From Paraspadella gotoi (Eukaryota; Animalia; Chaetognatha): a DNA stretch of 64,000 nucleotides. The notes beneath the pieces are model-generated. The model was not told the origin of the DNA. It ran no database searches and saw only the letters and a list, made by a program, of their open reading frames with translations. Shown here piece after piece: positions 37,143 to 49,076 of the stretch. Where the stretch lies: the NCBI GenBank assembly GCA_051294375.1, contig JBJCIZ010000239.1, positions 2,617,476 through 2,681,475 on the forward strand, in the 5' to 3' direction. A program made the translations under genes and the position numbers. Each line of letters begins with the position of its first letter. The stretch's first letter is position 1.

Positions 37143-37886
37143 ATGAATGCTGACGTCACCGTCGATAGCCGCTTGATCAAATTGCCGTATCCTGGTCTTT
37201 GCCTGCCGCAGCAACTGCACACGGCTTACTCCGGCGCCCCCGAACTTCGCAACTCCGCCATCGGCGTCGCCCCCGTCCCAACGAAGCCGTGGGCGTTGCC
37301 CCAGATGACCTCCTTCAACGGCTCTGGCTCGCCAACGCCAACGTCGGCCGCCCCCTCCGCCGCGGCTTCCGACTCCTTCCTGTTGCGACGTTTCAATTCG
37401 AAGAGGCCGACGGAGAAAAAGCCGACTCGATCTCGAACGTCCAACAACTTGTCCACCTCGTCCTCCTCTCAACGTCCCCCCGCCATTCTTTGCCCGTCCC
37501 CTCTTTTCGCAACTCCGTCGCCGACGCTTTTCCCCCTGCATTCCAGCGGAGGTAGCGATAGCAAGGAGACATCGCCTCCTCCTCCGACCAACGTCTCGAC
37601 ATCTCAGGCCTCCACTCCCGTCCCAATTCTCAAACGACCCTGGGAGAGATCTTCCTCTACGGAACAGCGGCTGGATCGTTGCGCTCAGGGACTCCTCGCT
37701 TCTCTCAACGATTCGGGTCGTGGAGAATATTATCCGTCCGTGGAGACCCCTTGCAACAGTCCGACCGGGAAGATTCCCCGACTCCAACCGGCCGAGGACG
37801 TCATCACTCAGTCGCTTTTCACCGTCACCGGGGGAAGACTCGAGAGAACCTTTTCCGACACGGACTCGGCCGATGATGAATTTTAA
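37143..37886 (+). CDS. 247-aa Ser/Pro/Thr-rich uncharacterised protein, single exon
   Basis: The ATG-to-TAA ORF exactly fills a GC/CpG-rich island between AT-rich spacers, with AATAAA about 65 nt downstream. I recognise no family. Confidence 0.75.
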   Translation: MNADVTVDSRLIKLPYPGLCLPQQLHTAYSGAPELRNSAIGVAPVPTKPWALPQMTSFNGSGSPTPTSAAPSAAASDSFLLRRFNSKRPTEKKPTRSRTSNNLSTSSSSQRPPAILCPSPLFATPSPTLFPLHSSGGSDSKETSPPPPTNVSTSQASTPVPILKRPWERSSSTEQRLDRCAQGLLASLNDSGRGEYYPSVETPCNSPTGKIPRLQPAEDVITQSLFTVTGGRLERTFSDTDSADDEF

Positions 37887-38270
37887 ACCAATTCCTATAT
37901 ATCTATATTTCAAACGTTTTAGATTTAATTTTTAGTTCCTAAAAATTATGAATAAATAATTCCGATCCTACAAACCTTCAAACGGGTCTTATTTAAAAAG
38001 TTTTGGGAGTTATCATCCCATAAAATTTTTGTGCATTCTCAAGGATGTTTTCGTTCGCTTTCAGACTTATTTTTGTAGCAGGCATAATAATTCCTTTATT
38101 TCATAACTTTATTTTTCCCCATCGCATTTAATTATCTTTTACACCCTTAATTATCCAAATGTATGTATAGCTCAAGAATCACATAATGTGAACAATGAAA
38201 GATCTTTTTTTCCAGAGGGATTTAGCCTTTGAATCTTTCATTGATTTTTTTCCCCTTTTTTTCTGAGGTA

Positions 38271-39125
38271 ATGGAGATCTCGCCTCGAAAGTCTACGAGG
38301 ACTTACTCGTGCCCTTCTCCCGATTGCTCCAAGAGATTTCCCTCAAAATATTTTCTCAAACGACACAAACGTTGTCACTCTAAACTGAGGAATCGTTCTC
38401 CTTCTCCCGCAATTCCGCCCAACGTACTTTTGTCCAACCTGGGACAGTCTTCGTTTCTCAACTCCGTCGTGGAATCAACTCCTCTCGTTTCCACGACCTC
38501 GGAAATTTCCTCATCCCAAAAAACCATCCCGTCCGTCGCCGACGCGGAAAACGATTCTCCCGCCTCCTTAAAAATCCCAGCGGATTTGAAAGAAATGGGA
38601 ATCAGCGTTGATTGGCTTTTGGATCCGATTCCGCTTCGGATCCACGACTTCCCTATCACCGTCGATCACTTGCGAAAACTCGTTCAACTCAAGTCCTCGT
38701 TCGACTTCACGTGGTCTCGAGTCGCCAAGTGGCTCGTCGCCTTGGGCGTGGATCCCGTCGAAGCCCTGGCCAATTTGGCCGGCAACGTCTTTTCGGAAAA
38801 ACTGGAGAGAGATCGGGATATCTTTCTTAGAAAGACTTTAACGGCCGAGTGGCCGACGAAACTCGAGTCCGATCCGGACGATCTCCGCTCGAAAAATACG
38901 GACGTCGCCGATGAGTTGGAATTGCAGTCTCCCGTAGTGTCCAGCGTTTCTACCGGCGAAACCGTGGAGGACATTCCCCTTCCCACCGAACGAGTTTGCA
39001 ACACAGATCCAGAAACTCTGAGTAAGATCTCTTTGCCCAAACCTATCCCACTCCACGATATCCCGTTGCCCTGTTTGAGCACGATACCCTTGCCGGCGGA
39101 GAAAAAAAACGGATTCTTGAATTAA
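38271..39125 (+). CDS. C2H2 zinc-finger protein (single N-terminal finger), 284 aa
   Basis: YSCPSPDCSKRFPSKYFLKRHKRCH and coding-type composition. Confidence 0.8.
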   Translation: MEISPRKSTRTYSCPSPDCSKRFPSKYFLKRHKRCHSKLRNRSPSPAIPPNVLLSNLGQSSFLNSVVESTPLVSTTSEISSSQKTIPSVADAENDSPASLKIPADLKEMGISVDWLLDPIPLRIHDFPITVDHLRKLVQLKSSFDFTWSRVAKWLVALGVDPVEALANLAGNVFSEKLERDRDIFLRKTLTAEWPTKLESDPDDLRSKNTDVADELELQSPVVSSVSTGETVEDIPLPTERVCNTDPETLSKISLPKPIPLHDIPLPCLSTIPLPAEKKNGFLN

Positions 39126-39206
39126 AGATTTTGGTTATTTTATATTCTGTTTATTTATTGGATTTCAGATATTATATAAATACGAGCCATATATTTGTGA
39201 GCCAAA

Positions 39207-39530
39207 ATGTCTATTTTGCTGAGGAATCTGTCGGCTTTACGCCGAAGCGGACTGTTGCCTCGTCAACTAACTGCTTCGCGCGTCCTTTTCAGTCAGGCGC
39301 CGATCGAACCCGTCTCGGACGAGCTGATCAAAGAAGCAATCGCGGCTGTTAGGCCCGATTCCCTCAGTCCCATTCACTCTTATCCGGAACAGTACGACCT
39401 CTCGGGTTCCGAGTACACCGGCCGAGCCAACATCGACTACAGAGACGAATACATTTTCTATAAGATCGAGGTCGATCTCGAGAATCTTCGGATGGAGCAG
39501 CCTGATCCCAAAGGCTCGCCCGCTTCTTGA
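39207..39530 (+). CDS. NDUFV3: NADH dehydrogenase flavoprotein 3 (short form)
   Basis: Arg/Leu/Ser-rich mitochondrial presequence. C-terminal YTGRANIDYRDEYIFYKIEVDLENLRMEQP resembles the NDUFV3 motif [29 protein letters not shown]. Confidence 0.75.
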   Translation: MSILLRNLSALRRSGLLPRQLTASRVLFSQAPIEPVSDELIKEAIAAVRPDSLSPIHSYPEQYDLSGSEYTGRANIDYRDEYIFYKIEVDLENLRMEQPDPKGSPAS

Positions 39531-39721
39531 GTCGGCTGGGCGGGGTCGGTTGGAGGGAAGGGTTAAATGGACGATATAGTTTTATTTATTATTCGCTTTG
39601 GAAGAGAGAGATAGAGGTTTGACCTAACGCTTAAGTCGTAATTACACTCACAGCGTGTCACGTTTATAAAATGTTATCGTTTTTCTTCCATCGAAAATCA
39701 GAGAAATAAAAAAAATACTGA

Positions 39722-40984
39722 ATGAAGCCCGCGTCCAAGGCGCCAAAATCGATCGGCGCCGACTACGAAAAGCCGGCGCCGGGGGCGCCGCCCAGCGAGT
39801 GGCAAGAATGGAAAAAACAAAAGCGACAACGCCAGACAGAATGGAAGGAAATGAAAATGGCGAAGAGGAAGAGGAGCGAGGAGAAGGCCAAAGCGGCCAA
39901 AGAGGAAATGGAGCGGGCCAAGGCCGAGGTGGAAAAGAGATCGAAAGCCGAGGGACGCCATTGGACTTTGTCCATCGCTCTGCCTGGATCCATATTAGGT
40001 AGAGATAAAACTTATTAGTAAAAGCGTTAATAATCGAATAATTGGATGGATTTTAATTGTTTCTTATACTTTTTAATGTTTTAAATCCTGTCAGAAAATG
40101 CGCAGTCGGCGGAGTTGCGATCCTACTTGGCCGGACAGGTTGCTCGCGCATGCGTCATTTTTAACGTGGACGAAGTGATCGTCTTCGACGACAAAGGCTC
40201 CACCACCAAATCCGGCGACAAAGAGCTCGTCAACGGCGTCTTATCCTCCGCGGACTCCAGCGTGGCTCAAATGGCGCGCATCCTCCAATACCTCGAATGT
40301 CCGCAATACATGCGCAAGCTCGTTTTTCCGCAACACAAAGATCTTCAGTACGCGGGTCTGCTCAATCCGCTCGATTCTCCGCACCACCTTCGCGCCGACG
40401 AGGAGGGCGAGTTTCGCGAGGGAATCGTTACGGACAAACCCGTGGCCGACGGGAAAGGATCGTGGGTGCACGTCGGACTCACGAATCCTGTGCAAATCGA
40501 CAAGCTACTCGTTTCGGGAACGAGGGTCACCGTGCAGATGTTGAAGCAAGAATCGGACCAACAAAAGAAGCTCAAGGGCAAAGCCGTCCCTCCGTCGTAT
40601 CCACGGACTGTGAGGGGAGAGTATTGGGGTTACTCGGTTCGGCAAAGCGAATCATTGGGCGCAGTTTTCGGAGGCTGCCCCTTCAAGGGTGGATACGACT
40701 TAACTCTGGGGACGTCGGAAAAAGGAGACGGGGTCGATGAGCTCATTCATCGAGGCTTGAAGGAGACTAAACCGAATCACGTTTTGATAGTCTTCGGCGG
40801 CGTCCGCGGATTAGAATACGCGCTGGAAAACGATCATGAGTTGGAGGTCGACGATGCGAGGCTTCTTTTCGATCACTATTTGAACACTTGCCCCAATCAG
40901 GGCAGCAGAACGATCAGGACCGAGGAAGCCGTACTGGTGTCGCTGAGTGCCTTGAGACCGTTCATAGATAAACTCTTTCGCTAA
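39722..40984 (+). CDS. SPOUT1: SPOUT methyltransferase (C9orf114/CENP-32); exons 39722-39998, 40095-40984
   Basis: TLSIALPGSILENAQSAELRSYLAGQVARA, LQYLECPQYMRK, AGLLNPLDSPHH and NTCPNQGSRTIRTEEA. Confidence 0.95.
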
Positions 40985-41052
40985 AGATACTAGCTTTTAC
41001 GACTCTTTCTTACCTAATTTTTTTTGTTTTAAATCTTTTTTCCAGTGAAAGA

Positions 41053-41253
41053 ATGAGCAGATTCGGTTGCCAAGTGGAAAGCTCCGTTTACGGCGGTCTC
41101 TTCGACCACCTACTGCCGAAAAAGCCCGAACAGAAGGAAGAAATTTCTTTCGAGGAAGACTTGACTCCTTGGAACCAGCGAGACTCTCGTGAGAATCGAA
41201 TTCATTGTGTATTGAATAAACTCGTTAGAAAACGTTTAGAACATAAAAGTTGA
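41053..41253 (+). CDS. 66-aa uncharacterised small ORF (possible upstream cistron of TMEM251)
   Basis: The ATG lies 8 nt after a strong acceptor (cctaat...T-tract...ccag at 41045) and the codon usage is exon-like. I recognise no homologue. Confidence 0.5.
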   Translation: MSRFGCQVESSVYGGLFDHLLPKKPEQKEEISFEEDLTPWNQRDSRENRIHCVLNKLVRKRLEHKS

Positions 41254-41319
41254 AACTTGGGTCCCTTGCCGTCTCTTGCCCCCCACTCGAAACAACCGGG
41301 CTAATAAACCGTAATAACC

Positions 41320-41742
41320 ATGCGCTTTCGCCAACGAGTCTCTTGGATCCTCATCGTCGCGTATCTCGTGTTGGGTTTCATCGTCGCCTTTTATGTCTTC
41401 GATATTTACGTCCTCTACGATGAACGCGCGACGGAGCACGTTTTAACTCATCACGTTCCCGTTTACAACGCTTTGCCAGAGTCAGACTCGCGACTCGGCA
41501 GACTGCGGTGGGCGTGGGCGACGCTGACGGAACACGCGACCGACGTTCCTTTGTTCGTTTGGGTCCTTTTGGCGCTCATCTTTTACCTGCAAGGATTTTG
41601 TTTGTTGCTCGCCTGTACCAAGCCAAGCCCGAAACATTTCCTCACCACTCCTCTCTTTCTTTTGTTTAATTCCAAAAAATTTAAAGACGATGTCGAAGCT
41701 TGCAAAGATTCTAGTCAACGAAGCGGACTTTTTGTATTGTGA
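41320..41742 (+). CDS. TMEM251: Lysosomal enzyme trafficking factor TMEM251/LYSET
   Basis: MRFRQRVSWILIVAYL...FYVFDI...EH...VPLFVWV...YLQGFCLLLACTK resembles recalled MNFRQRMGWIGVGLYL...YYVFEI...LPFWVW...YLQMFLFLYSCTR. Two TM segments. Confidence 0.85.
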   Translation: MRFRQRVSWILIVAYLVLGFIVAFYVFDIYVLYDERATEHVLTHHVPVYNALPESDSRLGRLRWAWATLTEHATDVPLFVWVLLALIFYLQGFCLLLACTKPSPKHFLTTPLFLLFNSKKFKDDVEACKDSSQRSGLFVL

Positions 41743-41920
41743 AGGGTTGTTTTTGTGCAACGTCTTTTTCCCCCCTATTGTTTTTTTTTTTTTTTATTCC
41801 TTTGCAACATTATCGTGACGTTCGCGATGAATGAATTTTACAGTTGCTCCCGTTTCCACTTCTACAGATAATAAATTTCGCTCCCAGCTCTTTTTCCATT
41901 TTTCATAAACTGGGGCCACC

Positions 41921-44900
41921 ATGAGCGCTGCATCCTCTTCGGTGCTGAAGGGATTCTGGAGTTCTTGGGAATCCTCTGGCCGCGCCAACTTCATCAAGCA
42001 CTGCAAGACGGCCGTGCTGCATTCTCCCGTTGATTGCATGCCGGTGCTACAGGCGGCCATTTACGGATTGGCCAATCAAGTTGTGAACGGCTGCATCAAG
42101 CCCGAGTCTGCTGCCGCCACCACCAAGGAGATGCTGCTTCTTCGCAAGGACGTCGCCTCCCTCTTGGCCGACACTTTGTCCGTCATAGACGTGGAAACAA
42201 CTGTTGAGGAAAATCGAAACGCGAGGTTGGTTTTTCATTTGTTTTCTTATGAAATAGCTGATATGATGTTCATGCTTGTCTTTGTTGTTGTATTAAATAT
42301 TTAAATTAATTCCTAAAAATTGTTTTTCTTCAAGGGAACGGTTCATAATCTTCCTGTCTGCTCTTCTCCCTAATCTTCCCGACTGGCTCGTCAAGGAACG
42401 CCTCGATTTAGAGACTCTGGAGATCGTGGGTCTCGTGAAAAATATCCAGCAATTTCAGCAGAAATACGTGAAGATCAAGACCAAGCTCTACTATAAGCAA
42501 CAAAAGTTCAATTTACTGCGGGAAGAGAACGAGGGTTATGCCAAGCTTGTGACCGAGCTCTGCCAGGAACCCAACGTGGGCAAAGTCAAAAGCATCGAGT
42601 CGCTCATCGGATACTTCAATCTCGATCCAAATCGCGTCCTGGACATCATCATAGAGGCATTCGAGTGTCACCCTAAAAACGCGGACTTTTTCGTTAGTCT
42701 CTTGCATCATCACAAGCACAGCAAGGACACTCTCTGTCAAGTCTTGGGTTTCAAGTTTAAGTTTTACCAAAAGTCCGAAGAGAACGAAGGAGAGTTGACC
42801 GACGACTCCGCCGTCGGAACCCCGGCGTCGTTGTACCGCGTGGCGGCGTTGCTCCTTCAGCATGATCTGGTCGATCTGGATTCTCTTTATCTTCACCTGA
42901 CGCCCGACGACGCCACCATCGTCGACAACTTCAAAAAAGAGATCGCGGACGCCAAGCAATACGCGCGCAAATTGAACACGGTCAGTTTGAACAAAGAATC
43001 CACCGGCGAAGAGAAAAAAGAAGGCGGTGGCGACGACGGACACGACAAGACGGACGACCTACCAATTGTCACAGCCACCGCCGCCAAGGATCCCGGGTTG
43101 GTCGGAGCTCCGCTTCCTCCAGGAGAAAGCGCCGATTCCAGATCGGCGGATCAGAAGCTCGGGCTCATTCAAGCCTTGCTTGAGGTCGGCGCATGGGAGC
43201 CTGCGCGGGTCATGCTGAATCGAATGCCGCCCAAACACGCCACCGCTTATTCTCCATTGGCGGATGCTTTGTGCTCTTTGATCCATTCCGCGATCGAACC
43301 GTTGTATTCGCAACACAGCGGGTTAGGATCGGTTCTTAAGAGTTCCTCGTACGCGCTGCTTCCATCGGGCAACCCTTGTCCCGCCGCCTTACTCGTTAGA
43401 ACCTGGCCCGCCTACGCTCGCATTGTGCTGCCCATGACGCATTATCTTGGTCACAATTTGTCCAGGGATCCCGTGTTGATGGTGAAGCTGATGCGGTTGA
43501 GTCGATTCTACATCACAAATTTCATGCAGCGAATCGACATCTCCTCCGGTCGACAATGCGACATCGACGTGGTTCTCGCCGCAATTCTCTCCAACATCGA
43601 CGAAGTCATGTTTCCTTCTCTCTCTCTTCTTCCCTGCAATTGCTGCGTTTCCGACGAGATGTGGCAGTTGTTGAAGAATTTGCCGTACACTCTGCGGTAT
43701 CGTTTGTACGGCCAATGGAAGAACGATTCTTATAATACCCACGCGCGATTGATCAAAGCTAAGGCTGACTGTTTGGAGCGGGGAAAATATATCATGAAGC
43801 GACTGACTAAAGAAAGCGTTAAACCCTCGGGCAGGCATTTGGGAAAGTTGTCTCACAGCAATCCCGGCATCATTTTTGAATATGTGCTATCTCAGATCCA
43901 GAAGTACGATAACTTCATTTTGCCAGTTGTCGATTCGTTGAAGTATTTGACGCAATTGTCCTACGACGTTCTTGCGTTTTGCATCATCGAAGCGCTGGCC
44001 AATCCCGACAGGGAAAGACAAAAAGCCGAGGAAACCAACATCTCTCCGTGGCTTGCCTCGTTAGCTTCTTTTTGTGGCAATATCTTTCGCAAGTACAATA
44101 TCGATCTGGCTGGACTCTTGCAATACGTCAGCAATCAGTTAAAGGCTGGCAAGAGTTTCGATCTGCTCGTTCTTCGCGAGGTCGTCCAGAAAATGTCCGG
44201 CATTGAGATCACGGAGGAGCTAACCAACGATCAATTGGAAGCGATGGCCGGCGGCGAGATGCTTCGTCAGGAGGGTGGCTATTTCGCGCAAGTCCGCAAT
44301 ACTAAGAAGCCCTCTTCCCGTCTCAAGGAAGCCCTGCTCGAGCACAAATTAGCCCTGCCTCTGGTGCTGCTCATGGCGCAACACCGGGACTGCGCTGTCT
44401 ATCAAGAAGCCCTAGAGCGACACGTCAAGCTGACTGGAAAGCTGTTCGACACCTGCCAGGATACCCTGGTTCAGTTCGGTTCCTTTTTGGCCACGCAGTT
44501 GTCCGCCGACGAATGGCTCAAGCGTCTCCCCTCCATCGACGTTCTCGTCTCCCAATTTCATCTCCAACCCGACGCGGCCTTCTTTCTATCTCGCCCCATG
44601 TATCAGACGAACATCGGAGCCAAATTCGCCGAAGGAGTCAAGAAGATCGAGAAAGAACAAAAAGAGAAAGAGAAGAAAGTGGCCAAAGAGGCCAAAGAAG
44701 CCAAAGAGGCCGGTAAGGACGGCGAGGATCTCCAGTTGGTCAAAGCTTCTCCCTCGTCAAAATCCGCTCTCAACAAACTCAAGACGGAGAAGCACATCGA
44801 GACGGTCAACGCCGTCATCGAACCCATCGTCGCCCAAGTCAAGCCGCTTTTCCAAGAAAAGGTGTGGAACGATCTCAGCACCCAATTCTACGTTACCTTC

Positions 44901-46967
44901 TGGACGCTCTCCATGTACGATCTGAAGTCGCCCACCGATTCTTACGAAAAAGAAAAGCAAAAGCTGAAGAATCAATTACGCATCATCGACGATAATTCGG
45001 ATTTGGCGCCGAACAAAAAGAAAAAGGAAAAAGAAAGATGCAACGCGCTCATGGAGAAGTTGAGCGACGAGGAGAAGAAGCAAGAGGAACACGTGTCGAG
45101 AACCACGAGTTTTCTCCTCAGTCAAAAAGAGAGTTGGTTCGGCGTCTCTAAATCGACCAAGAACGACACCATCACTCAGTTCCTCCAACTCTGCATCTTT
45201 CCTCGTTGCGTCTTCACGCCCAACGACGCCGTCTACTGCGCCCTCTTCATCAAGGCCGTGCACGATCTGAAAACGACCAACTTTTCCACTTTAATTTGCT
45301 TCGACCGTTTGTTCTGCGACGTGACCCTCCCGTTGGCTCAGTGCACCGAGAACGAGGCTTCGCGCTACGGCCGATTCCTCAACGCCATGCTCGAAACGGT
45401 GAAGCACTGGCACGCCGACAAGGAAGTTTACGATAAAGAATGCGTCAATTTCCCCGGGTTCAAGACGGTTTTTCGCAGCGGAGGAAGCAGCGCCAAGGGC
45501 GGATCCGACGCCTCATCGAAAGAGGACCATCTCGACTTTGAAAATTTCCGGCACGTCTGCCACAAGTGGCATTTTAAGATCACCAAGTCCATCATCACTT
45601 GCCTGGAGAGCGGCGATTATCTTTTGATTCGCAATTCTCTGATAATCTTAACGAAAATCGCCTCCTTCTTCCCGCGAATTCAAAATTTGGGACAAGCGTT
45701 GGAAAGACGCGTCGAAAAGCTGCAGAAGGACGAGAAGGAGCGGAGACCGGATTTGTACGTCCTGGCGATCGGCTACGGCGGGATGCTGAAGATGAATAAA
45801 AAGTCGTGGATTCCAGAACACGATTTTCACACCGTCTCGAAAGAAAAAAAAGCCAACGCTTCTTCTTCGTCGACGTCTACCAATTCGATGCTCGGCGTCA
45901 TCGGCGCCCGCAGAGAAGCCGCCCCTGCCAAGACCGAAAAGGCCGTCAAAGCGGACGCCACGCCTACCGAGAAGCCGTCGGAACCAAAACGCCCGGCGGC
46001 GCCGCCTCCGCCTTTGCTGATGAAGAAGGAAAATGGCGCCGTCTCCAGGAAGGAAGAGAAGGAAGGAAAACCGGGTCGCGAGAGCAAAGAGCCCAAGACC
46101 CGCGAAGTGAAAGTCTTGGGCCGCGTCAAGGACCTCCCGAAGACCAACAACAACGGCCTCAAAGTAGAGGATCATCATCTCGACGAAACTGCGAATTCCC
46201 CGCTTCAAATCTCCAAAACCAGTCGGTCATCTCAGTCGCCGATGGATCATCGTCGGGTCGGGCGCGGCAGCAGCGAGGATCATCGCTTCGACGCTTCTGC
46301 AGATTCCAAGATCGCGCACCACGATGTCAAGGAAGATCGACATCGATCTTCTCGTTCCGTCGAGGCCGTCGAGCATCCCGTCGGGCGTGACTCAGCGCCG
46401 GCTCTGTCCAACAGCGATGAGGACGAATCCCCGCAGAACCGTGCCAACAGCCGACGCAGTGTGGAGCAAGACGAAGATGTTGTCAACTCCGGCGGCCACA
46501 AAGACCACAAACGGCGCAAAGTCGAGTCCAAAGGTTCGCACGAGAGCCCCAAGAGCCACAAGAAGGACAAGTTGGTGGGCGGAGCCGATGGGAGCCGGTC
46601 GTCCAAAGCCGCCAAAAGGGGGAGGCGGTCTCCCTCGCTCGATTACGAGACCGAAATCAAAAGGAGCCGCAAGGAAATGGGGGCGACCAATGGGAGCGAT
46701 GTCTCGTCCTCTTCTACCCACAAGGAACGCAAGTTGGAGGAGAAGAAGATCAGGGAGAGAGAACGCAACGCGTTGCTGAGTTCTCGCGAATCGAGTCCCT
46801 CCATCGTTTTGTCCAAGGAGCGGAAGGAGGAGAGGAAGATGCAGCGGGAGCACGACCGTCTCTTGGCGATTTCCGCCGGGAATCCCGTCGAAGATCGGAG
46901 GAAGGTGGAGCCGCTGCTGGCCGACGTTCACAAGAAGTCCAAGCACGACAAACACCGAAGCAAATGA
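41921..46967 (+). CDS. THOC2: THO complex subunit 2; exons 41921-42225, 42335-46967
   Basis: KTKLYYKQQKFNLLREENEGYAKL, SLIGYFNLDPNRVLD, LGKLSHSNPG, FLQLCIFPRC, DFENFRHVCHKWH and a Lys/Arg-rich tail. Confidence 0.96.
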
Positions 46968-47256
46968 TATTTTGAAAATTCGCGGTTTCAAATTTGTAGT
47001 TATGTACATTTTTTTTTCTTTCGCACGAGAATTTGTCGTCAGTTAATCTTTCCCGTGAAGTATGCGTTTGATTCATGTTACAAAGTTCCTCTTAAATCTT
47101 AAGCTTTTGTTTCAGACAATGTAAGAAATATTACAGTGAGGAAAACGCTGTATGATAGAACCCATAAAATTTTTCGATCTAATTACCAGTATTTCTTTTT
47201 CAATTTTTTCCCTTATTTTAAACAGTTTTGATTGACGAAATTCAAGTTATCGGAGC

Positions 47257-48318
47257 ATGATATTGTAAATGGTAGACCAAAAGGGACGGATAAAAACACT
47301 TGCAAAAAGCAGTTGCTTTACTTTTTCAAAGAGACTTGCGTGCCGGCACCACCCGTCAGAAGCAAAAGAATTTTTCTGAAATTCATTGCGTGAATTGGTA
47401 CTTTTTCAGTCTCCTGGTTTTCAAAAAATGCGCCGGAATTATTTTCGCCGCCACCGAATCCAAAACCTTGGCGGGCCAGAAATGAAAGAGCCATTTATCC
47501 AACAAAGAATGGCGCTAAAAATAATTTCAACGTCTCTCATTCCAAGAAATCTGAAAAAAAGAAGAAGTGAGTCACTGTTTAACCGTAGAAATATGTAATT
47601 TGTCCTTTTTACATACTACATAGTTTTAAATCGTCCAATTTAACCCTTTTTTTTTCAGAAAACCACGAAAGGCGTACAATCCAGTGAAGGATCCCATGTT
47701 CAAGGAATTGCCCGTCCGTTCAGCCTCCGACGTCGTTCTCGTCTCGGACGACTTCAGCCTGGAAACGATCTACGAAAGCGAAGAAGAAGCGGACGAGGAG
47801 GCGGCCGACCAACGCATTCTTCCCCGCGGAAACGAGCAGGAGGTCTACCGTAACGTGGCCGAGCGGGAGATGCGCAAGCGCGTGGCCACGCAACTCAGCA
47901 ACGAAGAGAAGATGCAGCAAGAGATGAGAAGGATGCGGCAGATGGAGAGGTAAACTGGTTTCGCTTCCTTTTTCTCCTATGATGACATGACCATGACATG
48001 ACACACGTATTATTGGTTAAGTCTTAAGACCATCCCTTTGGCTCTTCTAGAATGAACGCCGACGAAACGGACAAAGGCCCAACAACGGTCGACGAATCTT
48101 CCGAAAAATTTGAAAGACAAAAGTCGAAGGCGGCTTGGCCTGGGATGGATTTCGCTTTCAAGATCGCCCAGGAGAATGCTCAGAGAAACCAGGAGCGTCG
48201 AGGATCTCGTTTCTACCGAGGTTTTGATCCGACTAAAGTCTTTAGCGTTACCAACCGAGAACATATCCAATCGAAAGAAAAGGAAGAAGAACACTTTTTT
48301 CATTTCAATCCACGTTGA
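47257..48318 (+). CDS. Uncharacterised charged protein, ~248 aa; exons 47257-47264 and 47332-47354 (tentative), 47410-47566, 47659-47949, 48051-48318
   Basis: The last three exons join in frame through GT-AG introns. The two 5' micro-exons are the only ATG-initiated in-phase path I found. Confidence 0.6.
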
Positions 48319-48419
48319 GATAAATCTGTAGATCTGATTATTAATTAAAAGCGTCAGTTTTGATTACAGTTATGCTATTATATACCTATTTTTGCTTTAG
48401 TAGTAATTCTAAAACGAAA

Positions 48420-48722
48420 ATGGCTTGTTGCGGACCGAAACTGTCTTTGTGCGGCTTGATCATCGGAGTGTGGGGAGTGATCATGTTGCTCTTCCTGGCG
48501 CTCTTCTTCCGCTTGCACAGTCCGGCCCTCTCCGAGGATATACCGAAACTTGAAGAAAAGGACCGAGATCAGGGCGAGGAGCACATGAAAAAGGTCATAT
48601 TTCAAAACTTCGATCAAACTTCTAACAACTGTCTCGTTGCCGCGGGATTTTACGTGGTTATCGCTCTGATCTCTGGGATCAACTACAAAATCATTTCCAC
48701 GAAGGGCACGACCGCGACTTAG
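48420..48722 (+). CDS. RNASEK: Ribonuclease kappa / V-ATPase subunit f
   Basis: MACCGPKLSLCGLIIGVWGVIML...SPALSED...NCLVAAGFY, with two TM segments. Confidence 0.92.
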   Translation: MACCGPKLSLCGLIIGVWGVIMLLFLALFFRLHSPALSEDIPKLEEKDRDQGEEHMKKVIFQNFDQTSNNCLVAAGFYVVIALISGINYKIISTKGTTAT

Positions 48723-49076
48723 ATGATCTCGACGCCAATCTCCGGCGCGAACCTTAGACACTCTATCATCTGCGAAATCTTCCGGGGAATTTTTAATTTT
48801 TCGTCACTTTTTTTTCTCTGGTTCCTCTTTTAGTGGTGATTGTCCTATTCTGTGTATAACCTGGTACGTACGTATTACTTCCGACTAATCCTACTCGATG
48901 TGATGGAAGTTGGTTTAGTTCTTATCAATGCTATGATTTTTTTAAAAATAATTTATCATTATTAACCTTTGATATTAAACATAATCTGTGAACTGTGAAC
49001 TAATTTATTTCTTTATATTCTCCTCAAACTTTGTGTATCTTTGATCGGTAGATTAAAAACTAATAAAAAAAATACC

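Noticed and set aside
47390-47393. In-frame TGA considered as selenocysteine or a recoded stop
   Set aside because: It falls in a predicted intron, TGA is the commonest true stop in the window, and I saw no SECIS.
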